DNA of 64,000 nt from Camelus ferus (Eukaryota), in NCBI RefSeq assembly GCF_009834535.1, contig NC_045711.1, positions 20,460,001-20,524,000 on the forward strand, written 5' to 3'. Below are positions 34,401 to 47,260 of this stretch, in pieces. How positions within the stretch are numbered: position 1 is the stretch's first letter; every line of letters begins with the position of its first letter. The notes below the pieces were generated by a model. It worked only from the letters and a program-made list of their open reading frames with translations, was not told the DNA's origin and made no database searches. The position numbers and the translations under genes were made by a program.

Positions 34401-37400
34401 CCCAGCCTGGAGCAGCCCATCAGTCTCTGTGTCCCTGTCCCGCAGGTATCAGCTGCTGCGTGGGGACCTGGCAGCTTTGAGCTTCCAGTGAATGAGGAAG
34501 AGGCCCACACAGGCCTGCAGCCTCTTCTGATCCTCACGCACAGAGCTCCCGGGTCCACGGCGGGACAGTATCCTGGGAGGAAGTGGGGGGAGCAAAGTGA
34601 ACTGGTGAGTCAGGAAGGGGAATAACCAAGGCCAGGAGAAGAGGGCGGGTGGAGAATCCAGGGACCTCAAGACACCTGCTGTCTCTATTGGCAGCTTGCC
34701 CTCCTGGGAAGTGAGGCCAGGATCATGGTCAGCACGTGTCACAAACAGGAAACTTAGATGAGAAGTGCCGACAGGTGGCCCTGGCCACCCAAAGGCAGCG
34801 CTGGGACCATGTGCAGCTCCTAATGTCCAGCTCAGATCACATCTCGTCTGTGGACAGACAAGGAGTCCGACACCTCCTTGGGAAAGAGGAAAGAGAGGAG
34901 AGCGTGGGGGCCTCGGAGACCCGGACCCAGACTCACACCCGTGGGCAGGGAGGGTGGCGGCCAGGCAGCTAGAGCCTGCCTGACCCTGGGCCCTTTCCTC
35001 ACGACCCCCTTAGCTCCCAGGAACCCTACAGGAACGAGAACCACCACTGTTAACCCTCACATCACTTGAGTCTGAGAAAAGCTCGCGCCCACAGCAGAAG
35101 ACACTACTGCCGTGCGGCCTTGACTTTGGAGGAGACAGACAGTGGCCAGAATGAATCACCAGGAGAGTGAATAAAAGAAATTTTTCACACCTCGCAAAAG
35201 TCAGGCTCTGAGCTCTATTTTTACTGAAGTTTAGGGAAAAAACTACAGTGCTGGCGAGAGAATGTGAGATCTGAACACACACAAAGTGGTCACTGGACTG
35301 CATGAATGCCAAGGTGCCTGTGCAAACACCGGTTTTCTGAGCAGAACAGTTCGCGAAGCCTGGGGCGTCTGGAAGACCTGGGAAACGAACAACTTTGATA
35401 CCCATCTTCAACAACTTCAACGCTGAGTGCAAGACAGAACAGCAGACCTAAGGAGACCCTGACGGCAGTGGGCTGGGAAGCTCTAGAGGCGACGGGAAGG
35501 GGTCTCGTGCACCAGCGCACACACACATGTGCGAGGGACTGCCTTCCTCAGCAGTGGCCATGGCTTTTTAAACAAATTACACGGTCAGTGGATAAAACGG
35601 AGATAGGAGAAAAACTGATATGTGTGTGAAAGAGACTCAACATTCCGACTAGCTCCCGCCAGACACCATGCAGAGGCCTCAGGTAGATTCAGGGAAAGCA
35701 GAGAGGGTGTGCGGCTCTGTGACAGGGCCCCAGGGGGACGGCCCAACATGGCCCTGGGATTCTCAGTGGCTAGCCATAAGGCAGGGATCCTGGATGACGT
35801 GAGGGCATGTTCACTCAGAACCCCACTCTGGAGAGCCCCACACAAGAGGCAGCACGGGCGGGCCTAACAGAGTAGGCCCTCCTACCTTGGGAGGACAGCC
35901 ACACCTTGAAGGACATACTGCTAAACTACAACTCCAGGGGCTGTAAGGCCATCAGAACCACCTACAGTTTGCAAGTTTCTTCCCATTTCTGTGACCACGG
36001 CCTCTTGCCCTCAGAGCCCCACCAGGAACTTACACAACCTAATGCTCGAAAACCCACTGGCAGTGGGTGGAATAGTGGCCCCCAAAAACATACATCCACA
36101 TCCTAGCCCCCAGGACTCACGAACGTGACTTCATTTGGAAACAAGGCCTTTGCAAATGTGATAAAGGATCTCGAGGTGAGGTCATCCTGGATTATCTGGT
36201 AGGCCTTAAATCCAAAGACAAATGTCCCTACAAAGGACGGAAGAGGAGAAACACAATACACAGGGAGCAGGGAGGCAGAGACAGGAAGGAGGTGACCATA
36301 AGCCCAGGGAGGCCTGGGCCCCCAGAAGTTGGAAGGGACAAGACATGGTCCTGCCCCTGAACTCTGGAGGGAGTGTGGCCCTGCCAACACCTTTGTGAGG
36401 GGCTTCTGGGCTCCAGATGGTGAGAGAAAAAACTTGTGTTGGTTTAAGCCCCAGCGGGACCCTGGGGGAGGAGCGGATGGACTTGGACCCTGTAGCCACC
36501 CAGAGCACACTCACTTCAGGTCATATTCGTTGGGGTTGAAGTCCTGCCGCCGGCACGTGTCCTCCAGGACCTATGGGTGAGATGAGGGCATGAGCCACTG
36601 GTCTAGCCTGGTCACCTCCCCCGACCAGTGCGGTGGCGCAGTCAAGTGGCACTGAAGTAGCTGAGGGCACAGAGTCCACCTCCTGGAAAGCTGGTTGGCT
36701 CTGCCGGACAAAGCCTAGTACAAGCCACGTGACTGACTATCCACCCAAAAGCTTCACACGCCTCCCCTGCAAATCCTGCTCACGCAGGTCCTCATGGACC
36801 TGTCTTGTCATCCCAGCTCGGCGGGACCCTCCACAGCCGGTCCCAAGGCCACAGACTATCTTCCCACACACCCCAGGAGGTCCCCTCCCCATTCTCAGAA
36901 ACCCAGTCCCAGTGGGCCCTGGAGAGCCCTCCTGGGCAGGACCTCCCCCCTTCCGGGCTCTGCACGCACTGAGCTATTCTACATCGGCTCAGCACCCCCG
37001 CCCCACCTAGTGTGCGCACCGTCCCCTACACAGCTGGGCCCAATGAGCATTTTCAATGACGTAGGCCAGCTGCCGGGTGCAGTGCAGCGAGTGACTCAGC
37101 ACACCCGGCCACAGCGCCCCGGGCGGGAGGGCGCCCCTGGAGGCTGGCTCAGCGGGCCGCGGAATCGGGTGGCGGTGGCAGGGAGCGCGACCCCCGCCAG
37201 CCTCTTGGGGCGGCACGCCTGCCCCCTACCCGCAGCGACCCGGAGCCCCGCGCCCGGCGCGGAAGTGGGCGGACCCGCCGAGCCAGGAGGCCGCTCGTTG
37301 GCTGCCGCAGGCCCCGCCCCACAGGTCCGCCCGGCCCCGCCCCGCAGGCCCCCGGAGCAACCGCAGGAGCGGCCCGCGCCGCGTCCCCGCCGCCCAGTCC

Positions 37401-37529
37401 CCGCCCGCCGCCCGCCCGCGGCCGCACCTGCAGCAGCACGGTGCTCGGCGTCACCTTCACGGTGTGCCGCCGCCCGTTCGGAGCCAGCACCGACACCGCG
37501 GAGCCCCCGCCGCCTGCCGGGGCCGCCAT
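10489..37529 (-). CDS. ASPSCR1: Tether containing UBX domain for GLUT4 (TUG/ASPL/UBXD9), 551 aa, 16 exons
   Basis: Exons (minus): 37529-37428, 36570-36515, 33931-33817, 32217-32117, 26073-26016, 25038-24965, 24603-24180, 16317-16178, 15969-15888, 15577-15511, 14891-14829, 14349-14297, 11213-11162, 10913-10844, 10769-10585, 10502-10489. Total 1656 nt, all GT-AG. Translation MAAPAGGGGSAVSVLAPNGRRHTVKVTPSTVLLQVLEDTCRRQDFNP...UBX region VVLRVLFPDRHILQGCFRPSETVGDLRDFVRSHL...GKVPKWLKLPAGKR*. Confidence 0.97.
20758..21746. promoter_or_regulatory. Candidate Wnt-responsive enhancer: cluster of six TCF/LEF sites in ASPSCR1 intron 7
   Basis: CTTTGAWS matches at 20758, 21191, 21295, 21392, 21558 and 21738. 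Confidence 0.6.
22485..22900 (+). mobile_element. Degenerate L1 ORF2 (RT region) fragment
   Basis: Recognisable but GC-shifted L1 ORF2 motifs (GCAAGGATGG, CACATG..CATCTC, AGAATAGGAAC..CCTGACTTGATAAAGG, CATCATCCTT). Confidence 0.55.
27520..27547. promoter_or_regulatory. Palindromic TCF-helper-TCF element in ASPSCR1 intron 4
   Basis: GACATCAAAC-AGCCGCGGCT-TTGATGTC. Confidence 0.5.
31590..31700 (+). mobile_element. MIR fragment
   Basis: TCATCTCATCTTCAC...GAGGCCCAGAGAGGGCAAGCAACTTGCCCACGGCCACACAGC. Confidence 0.6.
32625..32860. repeat. Degenerate C-rich minisatellite (GGCCCCGCCCA / CCCACC units) in ASPSCR1 intron 3
   Basis: Repeated GGCCCCGCC, GCCCCACCCCACCGGCCA and GGCCCCCGCCCAC motifs. Confidence 0.7.
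36062..36460 (+). mobile_element. MLT1 (ERVL-MaLR) solo LTR
   Basis: GAATAGTGGCCCCCAAAA...GTGACTTCATTTGGAAACAAGGCCTTTGCAAATGTGAT...TCATCCTGGATTATCTGG...GGAGGGAGTGTGGCCCTGCCAACACC...TTGTGTTGGTTTAAGCC. Confidence 0.8.
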
Positions 37530-37950
37530 CTTCCGTTCACGTGACCCACCGGCCCGGCGTCAAACAACTTTATCTGCAACAGCCAGACGCACAGCCACGC
37601 GGCCGCGGGGCGGGGACTGGGCGGGGCCAGCGCACGCTTCCGGGCCCTCCCTGCCCGGCCACGCCCCCTGCCCGGCCACGCCCCCGGTGCCTTCGCAGGG
37701 CGGGGGAGCCGGAGTCCGACACCCGCCGGGCGCGGTCTCCCCAGCCGGGCATGTGGCCCTGGGTCCCGACCGGCCGTGCGGGACATGAGCGCGCCGAGTC
37801 CTGGGCTCCCTGTCCCTGCCGGCCCGTCCTGGCCCCGCTGTCCCCCTTCCTACCCGCTGTGGTCCAGAGGGGTGGAGTGAGGCCCCGCACCTCTGCGGAG
37901 TGGTTGGCTGCCAGCCCTGTGGGGTGGTGTGAAGGCCGGGAGGCGGCTGC
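37050..37950 (-). promoter_or_regulatory. ASPSCR1 CpG island promoter
   Basis: CpG-dense region around exon 1. On the minus strand: GTCACGTGA E-box (37537-37545), CGGAAG ETS motif (37530-37535), YY1-type AAGATGGCGGC over the ATG (37522-37532), and several GC boxes upstream. Confidence 0.85.
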
Positions 37951-39639
37951 GGGGAAAGGCGGGCCGGAAACTCCAGACCCGAGAGCAGACTCAGTAAAAG
38001 TCTGCGATGAGCATTCTGACTGTTTGTGCCCTCACTACCGGCAGCCAAACCCTGCAGTAGAACTTGGCCCCTGATTCCAGCCTCCCCAATCAGTGGGAGG
38101 ACGGAGGAGGGGCGTGTGGGATCCCAACACCCCTCCGATGTGGGTGTTGCCAGGCCTTCGTGTAGCTGACACATCCGTCTCAGGAGCATCCTCATACTGA
38201 CAGATGCCTGCAGGCATGTTGGAAAAAATGGGAAAGCCTCAGGGTAGCTACAGCTCCAGGGCCACCCCTCAGAATCTGCCTCACAGTCCAATGGGCCCAT
38301 CCAGCACTCTGCAACCTCAGTGCCTCACCAAGCCACACAAATGGCACCACCACCAATGGCCAGTCCCCTCCCCTGAGATGTTGTCTGGCTCAGAGAGGAC
38401 CCCAGCTAACCTGCCCCGCCCCCTCCTACCTGCTCACGTGGGTCTTACCGTCCAGGTGTAGCTGAGCACACTGGCCTTGGAACAGACACCTTTGGGGCTT
38501 TTCTGACCACTGCCTGATCAGGCTCTCCCACCCACCCTGCAGCCCATCAGAGCCCCACGAGCAGTTCTGTGATAGCCACCCCTCCGCATCGCAAGTTGCC
38601 TCCAACCTGGCCTCTTCAGCACTTCAGGGTTTCCTCAGAGCCTCATCGGCACTGGGACGGGCCTTTTGTGCCTGCTCACTTGTTTAAGGGCTGTCTCCAC
38701 GCAGGGCAGCCCTGTCTGCCTGCACTGTGCATGCAGTCTGAGCAGACCCCACACGGGGCATATGCTCTGCCAACATCTGTGGGAGGAATGACTAGTGATG
38801 GGGGCAGATGAACACGCGGTCCCCCAGTGTGTGCCTTCCCCTCTGGCTGCTGATTCTTGCCTGGAGGGGGCGGGGTGCCTCAGGCTTAGTGGGGTCTGTG
38901 TCTGGGCACTGGCAGTGGGAGGTGGGGAGGCAGAGCAGAGCCACCTCCCTTAGTGGCCTGGCTAGACTGGACCTAGGGAAGACCAAGCAGGACAGACCAG
39001 ACCCCGTGAGGCGCCCGTGAAGACAAGCTCCAGAGATGCTCCCTGGATGCTGCTCGGAGCCCTGGGGTGCTGGACCACAACTTGACCAGCCTCCAGAGGC
39101 TCCCTTGGGACAGGGGATTATTTCAGACCGGAGCCAAAAATTCCGGTGGCTTGACAAACCAGCCACACACCACAGCAGAAAGGACTCTCACCTTCCCCAT
39201 GGCATAGACCTGAGCCGCCCAGGGTCTAGGATGTGATCACAGCAGAGACCACGGAGCTGACTGTGGGGTCAGAGGTCATGTTTGGGAGGTGTGCGAGGCC
39301 CAAAAGAGGAGACTTCCCTTAATGTTCTTGTAGTACATTCAGCCTCTTTTTGCAGCTCATACTTTTCTTTCCCAATTTGCTATCTTAAAAAATGACAGAT
39401 CTTCGGGACCAGGGTCCCATGGAGAGCCCTTCCTCGTGGAACATGAGGCGTGGGCAGAAAGACGGCCACCCCCTCGGCCATCACGCACTGCTCATTCATG
39501 GGGAACCTGGTGTTAAACCGTTGGTAGATGACCTGCTTCTGGGTCAGGGTTTCCCATGCAGCAGAGCAGCTCCCTCACTGCAGTGTACTGAAAGTCAGCC
39601 CTTGACAAAGGATTTTAGGGAAAAAAAAAAAAGGCAGAT

Positions 39640-40176
39640 CTGCATGTTAACATTCACAGCAGCTTCATCTAATAGTCAAAGGCTGGAATGAAGCCAGATG
39701 TCCTTCATCGGGTGAGCAGTTAAAGGATGTGGCGCATCCACACATGGAACACCACTCGGCAATCAAAGGAACAAACTGCTGACACCGCAGCCTGGGTGAG
39801 TCTCCCGGGAAACTGGATGAGTGAAAAGAGCCGGTCCCTAAAGGCTACATGCTGTGTGACTCTCTTTATATAACATGGAAATGACAGCATTTTAGAAATC
39901 GAGGACACAGTAAGAGTTGCCAGACGTTAGGGGAGGCGGGGTTATGGGAGAGCAGCGCCAGGGACCTACACTGGATAAGACTGGATACAGCATGATATGC
40001 ATGTGAAGGAACATGGGTGCAATGTATTCAGGGCACTATCCCGGTTGGGATTTTGTGCTAGTTTTGCGAAATGTTACCATTGCAAGAAAGTACATAAATA
40101 CAGGAGGGCTTGCTCTCTGCTATTTCTTATAACTGCATGTACCTCTACAGTCATCTCAATAAAACTCTCAAAAAAC
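39640..40176 (+). mobile_element. Old L1 3' end (L1MB/L1MC-like)
   Basis: CACAGCAGCTTCATCTAATAGTCAAA...CAGATGTCCTTCA...TGAGTGAAAAGAGCC...CTATTTCTTATAACTGCATGT...CTCAATAAAA. Confidence 0.75.
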
Positions 40177-40289
40177 GTCAAAGCCCCAAAAAGCTAAAAA
40201 TTTAATATGATAAATCGCTGCTTTAACTCTTTTCTACACCTTCACCTAGGTGCACCAACTGTTCACGTTTTGTCCCAGTAGCCTTTTCT

Positions 40290-41620
40290 CTCTGCATTTG
40301 TACAAGCATGTGTATTTATATTTGAAAGTAAGTTGATGAGATCCAGGCACTTTCCCTCCAAATAGTTCAGCAGCTCCAAAAATCCCAGGACCTGCTCCTA
40401 CTCAATCGTAACCAGTCACCATGCCCAACAGCCATGCAGTCATGGACACAATAATATTATCTAATACACAGTCCAGTTTAGAATTTCCCCTGTTGTCCCC
40501 AAATGGTCCTTTACAGCCGGTTGTCACATTGCGTTGAATCTGTTTTCACTCCCTTAACCTACCACGGCCCCACCATCTTTTGTTTTGTTTTGAATTTTCA
40601 TGACATTTGCATTATTTAGAGGCCGCAGGCTGGAGCTGCCTGATAGTTTCCTGGAGTTAAACATCTGAGGCAGTGAGGTGGGGTAGATGAAGCCCCTCAG
40701 GAAGTCCAGGATATCAGGTTGTGCCCCTAGTGTGGACGCACAGACTGAACACTTGGTGAAGATGAGGTCTGCAGGTTCCTCCACGGTCTAGGTCCCTCGT
40801 AGACTAAGTAAGCTGTGTGTGGGGCAATTCTTTGAGAGCATAAGTGTGATGTGTTTCCAATAACCGTTTGCCCAGTGGTTTTGGCATCAACTGATGGTCC
40901 TTGCCTACATCCACCGTTATAATTATGTTTGCAAAATCACAACTTTCCAACCTTGTCACTTCCTCTACATTTAATAGGCATGTTTTGGTCAAGATTTTTT
41001 AAATTCTGAAGTATTAATACAAATGAATGGATTTTTTAAATTCAGTGATTCTTTCTGATGCTCAGATTGACCCAGATTTGGCCGGTGAGACCCCCTTCAA
41101 GCTGACTTTCGTGCTCCTCTTTTTGGGGGGGGGGGAGTGACTTTTTACTTTTATATTATTTCAAACTCAGAAGTTGCAAGAACAGTATAAGGACCTCCTT
41201 CGGATCTTCGTTCTTTCTTTTCTTTTCTTTTTGAGGGGGGAGGTCACAAGGTTTATTTACTTTCAGTGGAGGCACTGGGGATTGAACCCAGGACTGCGTG
41301 CGTGCTGAGCACGTGCCCTGCCACTGAGCTACACCCTCCCCCGCTTCCGTGTGGCTCCTAGACAGACGCGCCAGTTGTTTACGTGTCGCGCATTTGCTTT
41401 ACCATCTCTCTCTCTCTTTGTCCACGTACATATAAAAATTTTTCTGTACCACCTGAGAGTAATGGAGAGTGCACCTTTGTGGCTAAACACTTCATGTGTT
41501 TCCTAAGAAGGAGGTGTTTTCTAAGAAGCAGGCATTTCCTTACGTCACCACCAAGCCGTGATTTGCCGTTGGGAGAGCTACCTGTGACGCCGTACACTGA
41601 GCGACTCTACAACCACCTGT
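40290..41620 (-). mobile_element. Fragmented old L1 (L1ME-like) interrupted by a SINE
   Basis: AT-rich, with motifs resembling an antisense L1ME 3' end (e.g. CTAAACACTTCATGTGTTTCCTAAGAA). Boundaries are approximate. Confidence 0.4.
41228..41342 (-). mobile_element. tRNA-derived SINE (Vic-1-like)
   Basis: The reverse complement reads GGGGAGGGTGTAGCTCAGTGG...TCCTGGGTTCAATCCCCAGTGCCTCC...AAATAAACC...ACCTCCCCCC. Confidence 0.85.
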
Positions 41621-44600
41621 AGCACTGACATCTTTCCTGCATCTTTTTGAGGTGTTTTTGTTATTCTCCCAGCACTTCCTCATTTCTGCCACAAGAAGGC
41701 GTCCTAGGCTCTCCCAGCCCTTGAATGCACCGTTTCTCAAGGAAGCCCTGGACCCTTTCGGAGGGGAATGGGATTTAGAAACCAAGATCTGGAGCTGAAT
41801 GTGCTCATTGCTACTGGGGTGCCTCTGCTTTGTAGGCCCCTCTTGGGGGACAGAGCTAGCATCCTGAATTCGCCCAAATCTCTCTCACTTCAAACCAAAC
41901 CTCAGTCTTCTTTCTGCTCTCCCCTCCTTCCATATTTACATTTGGTGGAATTGTATGAACTTGCCAAGAGTCAACCATTTTCAGTCTACAAAATATGGGA
42001 AACCTACATGGTTCCACTGATACCCTTTCTCCACAGTGAGAACCCTTTTTTCAGCAGTATTACTATATTTATTAACTTGCTCTGTTCCAAAATACCCTCC
42101 AAATAGCTTCAGAATTCCTTCCACCAACCAGACCTACTAAGGAAACTGTCAAGGCCTCCTTGTAGGTATTTTTGTCCTCAGAAAATTACTTAAATTCTTT
42201 ATTTCTGTGTGATTATGTTAATCTGACACCTAAGTTAATCTATTACTAAATTTTAAGGTCTTTTTTTCTTTTTTTTTAATGTAATGTTCTATTTTTGATT
42301 ATGAAAAATATTTCTTATTTTATTTAAATATTATTGGATTGAAAAGTTAAAAGTATAAGAAGAGACATATCCAGAAAAGGATCACCTCTCCTCATCCATT
42401 CTCACTCGCCCCCGGGGGAACTCATCTGCTTCAGGTTCTAGGGTAGCCTTTCTGCCTTTCTTCCCGCAGAGATGAGCATGCTAAGTGGACAGAGGTGCAG
42501 GCTCTTTCTCTCCTTCCTTCTTCCACAATAGGTGACACAGAACATACCTTCTTTGTTCTTTTCTCTACAGCCTACGTGTCCCATTCTGGGACTAGGTCTA
42601 ACTCCGCTCCCCTCTACACACAGTACATCAGAGCACAAAGTCTGTGATATGGGCGGTCACAGCACCCAGGCAGCCCTGGGAGTGGATTGCAGTGAGGTCC
42701 AGGCTCCCCTGCCCACAGTGACTGGAGCTTTGACACCTCCTAGCTGCCTGGACCTGTGTTCTTTGTCGGTAAAACTAGACCCAGGGAGGTGGAGGCTCAG
42801 GCAAGGGAGCCAGACAGAGCATCCCAGGCAGCAGTTCCCCCAGGTGGCCGTAGGAAGCCCTGAACCCAGTCAGAAGGTGAGGCTGGGGTCCTCACCCAGG
42901 CTGCACAGAGTCCCTTCAAGCCTTGCCCAGGCCCCGGCGGAGTGCTGGGGTGGGGGTGGGGGGGTGGGGTTTTTTTCCAGGTATCCCTAGTGGGACCAAG
43001 CCTGTGTTCTCCAAAAAACGTTTCCAACTGTCATTCCATTAGGACTTCAGGTCACAGATTAAGGGTAAAAATCCCCTGGCTGGGCTGGCCTGGGAACCGA
43101 TCTCCTCCCACCTGAACCCTTGGGAAATGCGTGGCTCCCTCTCAGAGCAAGTGGCTTCTCGGCCCCTCTGAGCTGGACCCTGGGAGGCAGGGCCCTGCCC
43201 CATGCTCTGCTTACAGTCCAGCCAAATGCATTGGAAATATACATATGCAAATATATACATAATTGTGGTAAAATTGCATTTTAAATTTAATCAGCTTAAA
43301 ATCTGCTTTCCAAGACAGGTCTTTCAGGAGATTTTCTGTGTTATCAATACGGCGGTGGCTTTCCACAGCCAAGGAGTGAAACGTAAGGTCCTGGTGGCCG
43401 CCTGCTGTCCACCCTCACTGCCCTCCACCGCACCGCACGGCCTCGCCAGTCCTTGCTCTCTGTCACTGGGTGCCGGCACGCTCAGCCCGCTCCCCAAGAC
43501 TTTCCTCAGCTCCCTCACAGCGCTAGGGCTATGCCCACGTGTCACCCACAGGGGGCCTCCCTGACCCCATCCCACCTGCTGCCCTCTGCCAGGTGTCTCC
43601 ATTTTCTCTCCCCTCCTGACATCACATCATCCCCCCACCTCACCCACATCAGGTAAGCCTGGGACAGGACCCCGGTGAGCAAGTGTGTGATTGTGAGGGC
43701 ATCAGCGCGTGGGGCTGCCCCACGCTGTTGTCACTTGGTGGCCTCCAGGCAGGGCAGACACCTGGGCAGGTGAGAACCTCGGCTCATCCTCACATGAGCA
43801 GGAGAGATCACACTGCTGATTTCCCCAAATGCATGTCTAAGTTGCCCCCCTACCAGATGGCAGAAGAATCAGCACGCTGGATTCAGGGGCTTGCTGTGCC
43901 CTTGGTGTCCTGCTCTAGGAAATGGATCCTGGCCCCCAGGTGGACGGCGAAGGTGTCCCTGCAAGGGGTGTAAGCCAGCGCTCAGTGCGGCCCCCACCGC
44001 CCTCTAATCAGCCCTGGGACGCCAACACAGTGGGGTCTGTACAGGGCAGGGGAGGCCACCTTCCCACTCCTCCCCGCCAGAGTGCTCCCTCCCAGGCAGT
44101 GGCGGCTTGACAGCTGTTCCCAGGATCTGCTTTAAATTAAAAAGTGGCGTGGCCCTTTAAGAGAAGCATCCGCCGCCCCCGCCGCCCTGCTGCCCCCTTT
44201 GAAGTTGCTGGCGCTGAAAGGTTCCCAGTGGCAGATCTGAGGGTTTGCTTCTGCCTCCCCAGAGGCCACGTGCGGATCACAGGGAGGGAGTGGGGCGGGC
44301 CGAAGGTCACATGGCCAGCCAGGCCTCCCTGGACCAGTGGGCTGCAGGGATGGGAACCAGCCGGAGCTCATTAGGGCTCGGCAGAGCCAGCAGCTAGGAG
44401 AGCTAAGGAGGAGGTGTCCCGCCCTCCCCGCGGGGCCTGGGGCAGCCTGACCTCTCCAAAGCCCTCTGACCTGCACAGTGAGGAACACACCTGGCACTTT
44501 GGGGATGCTCCGTGACACCCCAAGAAGCTCCATCTCCACAGAGGTGTGGACAGCCCCTCTCATCCCCATCCCCTTCCTCCCCCCAGCTTTGGAATGTGGC

Positions 44601-46574
44601 CATTCCCAGCAGACCCAGGTGAACCCACGCTCCACAGTTTGCTCAGGTCAGCGGAGGGTCCCTCTGCTGAGACTGCCCACAAGCCAGGCGGGGCTGTGTG
44701 GGAAGGGTGAGATGGGGCAGAGGTACTGAGAGGTGGACAGGTCCTTACAAATGACCAGTAGGGTCCAGGGTCCCCAGGAGTTGAGCCTGGGGCCAGGGAA
44801 CCTCATGCGTCCTCTGTTCACTGGCATGAGGGGCTGCAGAGTGAGCCCCAGGGGCCCTCACCACTCAATGAAGACAGCCGTGACTCCCACATGCTCTCAG
44901 TCCTGGGTGAGGGGTGTGTGGGTCCCTTCTGCAAGTGACCCCAAGGCTGCTGACAGCCATCTGATTCTCGGGAGAGGGTGTCTTCTGGTATCAGGCCTGA
45001 GAGCTGTCCACGAAGGCCTGTGACCAACCAGGTGTTCCCGGCTTTGCCCTCCCCTGCTTCTGCATGAGACCCCTCCAGGCTAGGGGCTTTTCTCATCAGG
45101 GCCCTGGGATGTGAGGTGAGAGGGGCTCCTGCAGACGGATAGGGGGCTTGGGGAGACCCAAAGGGCTCAAGCTCTGCGGCCACACAGCCTGGGCTTGAGG
45201 CCCCTGCCCGCTCAGAGCTGGTGACGGACCCTCAGCTGGTAGGCGAGCAGGGCTTCCTCTCAGAGCCAGCCGCCGTGGGAAGCGAAGTGGTCTGCCTCAC
45301 TTCCTTGCCCTCTTGGGCCTCAGAGGCCAGCAGCTGGGACACAGAGCTGCCCAGGTGGTGTGTGAGGCGGGGCGTCTGAGGCCAGTAGGCAGCAGGGGGC
45401 CCCAGACAGGACACAGGCAGCAGCTGTGGCCCAGGGTAGCCCTGGGCTCAGGGCCCTCGGGGATCCCCGGGAGGGGGCGGACCACGTGGCTCAGGGCAGT
45501 CCCAAGTCCAGGCAGGGACACTGGGGCTGGGGCTGCTGGACGTCCTGAGGCCCTGAAGGCCCAGTCCCAGGTGGGAGCCCCGGCATCACTGCACCCACTG
45601 CCCCCTCCTCCCCAGTGCCCGCTGGCCAGCCTGGACTCCAGGCCTGCCCCAACTTGGGCCCTAGCTCATGTGTCCTGAAATGTTCCGTCTCTGAAACCCC
45701 TTTCCCAGCAATTGGGCACGTGTCCACAAGTGGACCCCAACTCCCGTCGGCTAACTCTGCTCCTGTCTCTGTATCTTCCCCCACAGAGGTTCGCCCCCTG
45801 CACCTCCATCCTCTGTCTGGGACACCCCTCTGAAAGAGGCAGAGGCTCCCTCTGAGCTCTCACTTTCCTGGGCCTCTTTGCATCCGGGCACACATGCGAT
45901 CTAAGCTTGGCTGGAAGCACCTGCCACCCACCTGAATGGAAGCCAGGAAGCTGAGAGGCGGGAACCACACAGAACCCACCCTGCACAGGGCAATGGTGGG
46001 GGGGGGGGCAGGCAGAGAAGGGCGGGTGCCACGTCCAGCATCTGTGATGTCCACGGGAGCATGGCAACGAGGCAGTGTGGGTTATTGTTCCTGCCTCTCC
46101 TCCCCAAGCTCTGGGGTCTGCTCTCCAGACATTCCACGAGCCTGCCATGCCCAGGACCTCAGTCTCCCTTGGTCCCTGAGGGACGGCCAGCACCCAGGAG
46201 TAATGACTGTCACTGATCCATGGTTGCTGGCCTCATTTCATGTTCCCAAGAACCCTGGGAGGCAGGCACTGTTCTGGTCCCCACCTTACAAATGACAGAC
46301 CTGGAGTTCAAGAGACCCAGCGGGGGCAGAGCCAGGCCCTACGTGCAGAGGTCGGGCTCCCGGTCCCCCGATGCGCCCTGCAGTGTGGGAGCCCCACAGA
46401 CATCCGTCTACGGAGGGAACGGGGAGGCACATACATCCCATGCCCCAGCAGGGGCTCTCCGGGGCGGGGCGAGCCCACTACGTTCCAAGCCCCACACTCC
46501 GCTCACCTGATCCCACCTCCCCAGTCACCTGATGCTTCAGACCCGGCCTGCTGCCCTCATTGGTGTTTGGGGGT

Positions 46575-47260
46575 TTTTTAGGTAAAATTCATAATATACA
46601 ACCACTTTAACTTGTACAGTTCTATAACAGTACATTCACAATGTTGTCCAACCATCATCACAATCAATTTTAGAATGTTCATCACCTCCAAAAGAAACCC
46701 TGTACCCATTAGCCGTCACTCTCTGTTCCTCCCTGTCCCTTGGCAACCAGCAAGCTGCTTCCTCTCGCTGCAGATGTGCCTGCTCTGGGTATTTCATGCA
46801 CATGCAATCCTACGGTATGTGGCCCTCTGCGTCCGGCGCATTTCACTTAGCTGTGTGTTTTCAGGTTCCCCCACGTGTAGCACGTGTCAGCACTCTGTTC
46901 CCTTTTATGGTTGAACGGAGTTCCGCTGTATCAATGGACCACATTTTGTTTATCCATTTTATCTGCTGTGGACGTTTGGGTTGTTTCCACCTTTTGGCTG
47001 AAGTGAGTACTGCTGCTGTGAACAGCCATGTGCAAGCTTTCGTTTGAACATCTGTTTTCATCTCTTTGGAGACCATACCCAGGAGTGGAATTGCTGGGTC
47101 ATGTGCTAATTCTGCATGTAACATACTGTTTCCTACAGCGGCTGCACCGTTTTTCATTCCCACCAGCAGCATGCCGGCCCAGGTCCTCCACGTCCTCACC
47201 AGCACTTGTTGCTGCCCATGTTTTTGATCATCTGAGTGAGTGTGAGGTGGCCTCTGACCT
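46575..47260 (-). mobile_element. L1MB-like 3' end, antisense
   Basis: GTACATTCACAATGTTGTCCAACCATCATCACAATCAATTTTAGAATGTTCATCACCTCCAAAAGAAACCCTGTACCCATTAGC...GTTGTTTCCACCTTTTGGCT...GGAGTGGAATTGCTGGGTCAT. Confidence 0.85.

Noticed and set aside
35180-35650. AT-richer segment in ASPSCR1 intron 2, possibly an old L1 piece or a hidden exon
   Set aside because: I could not assign a family confidently, and no coherent exon with homology was found.
36794-38074. 426-aa plus-strand ORF over the ASPSCR1 promoter
   Set aside because: It is a Pro/Arg/Ala-rich stop-poor frame produced by a CpG island, antisense to ASPSCR1 exon 1, with no recognisable domain.
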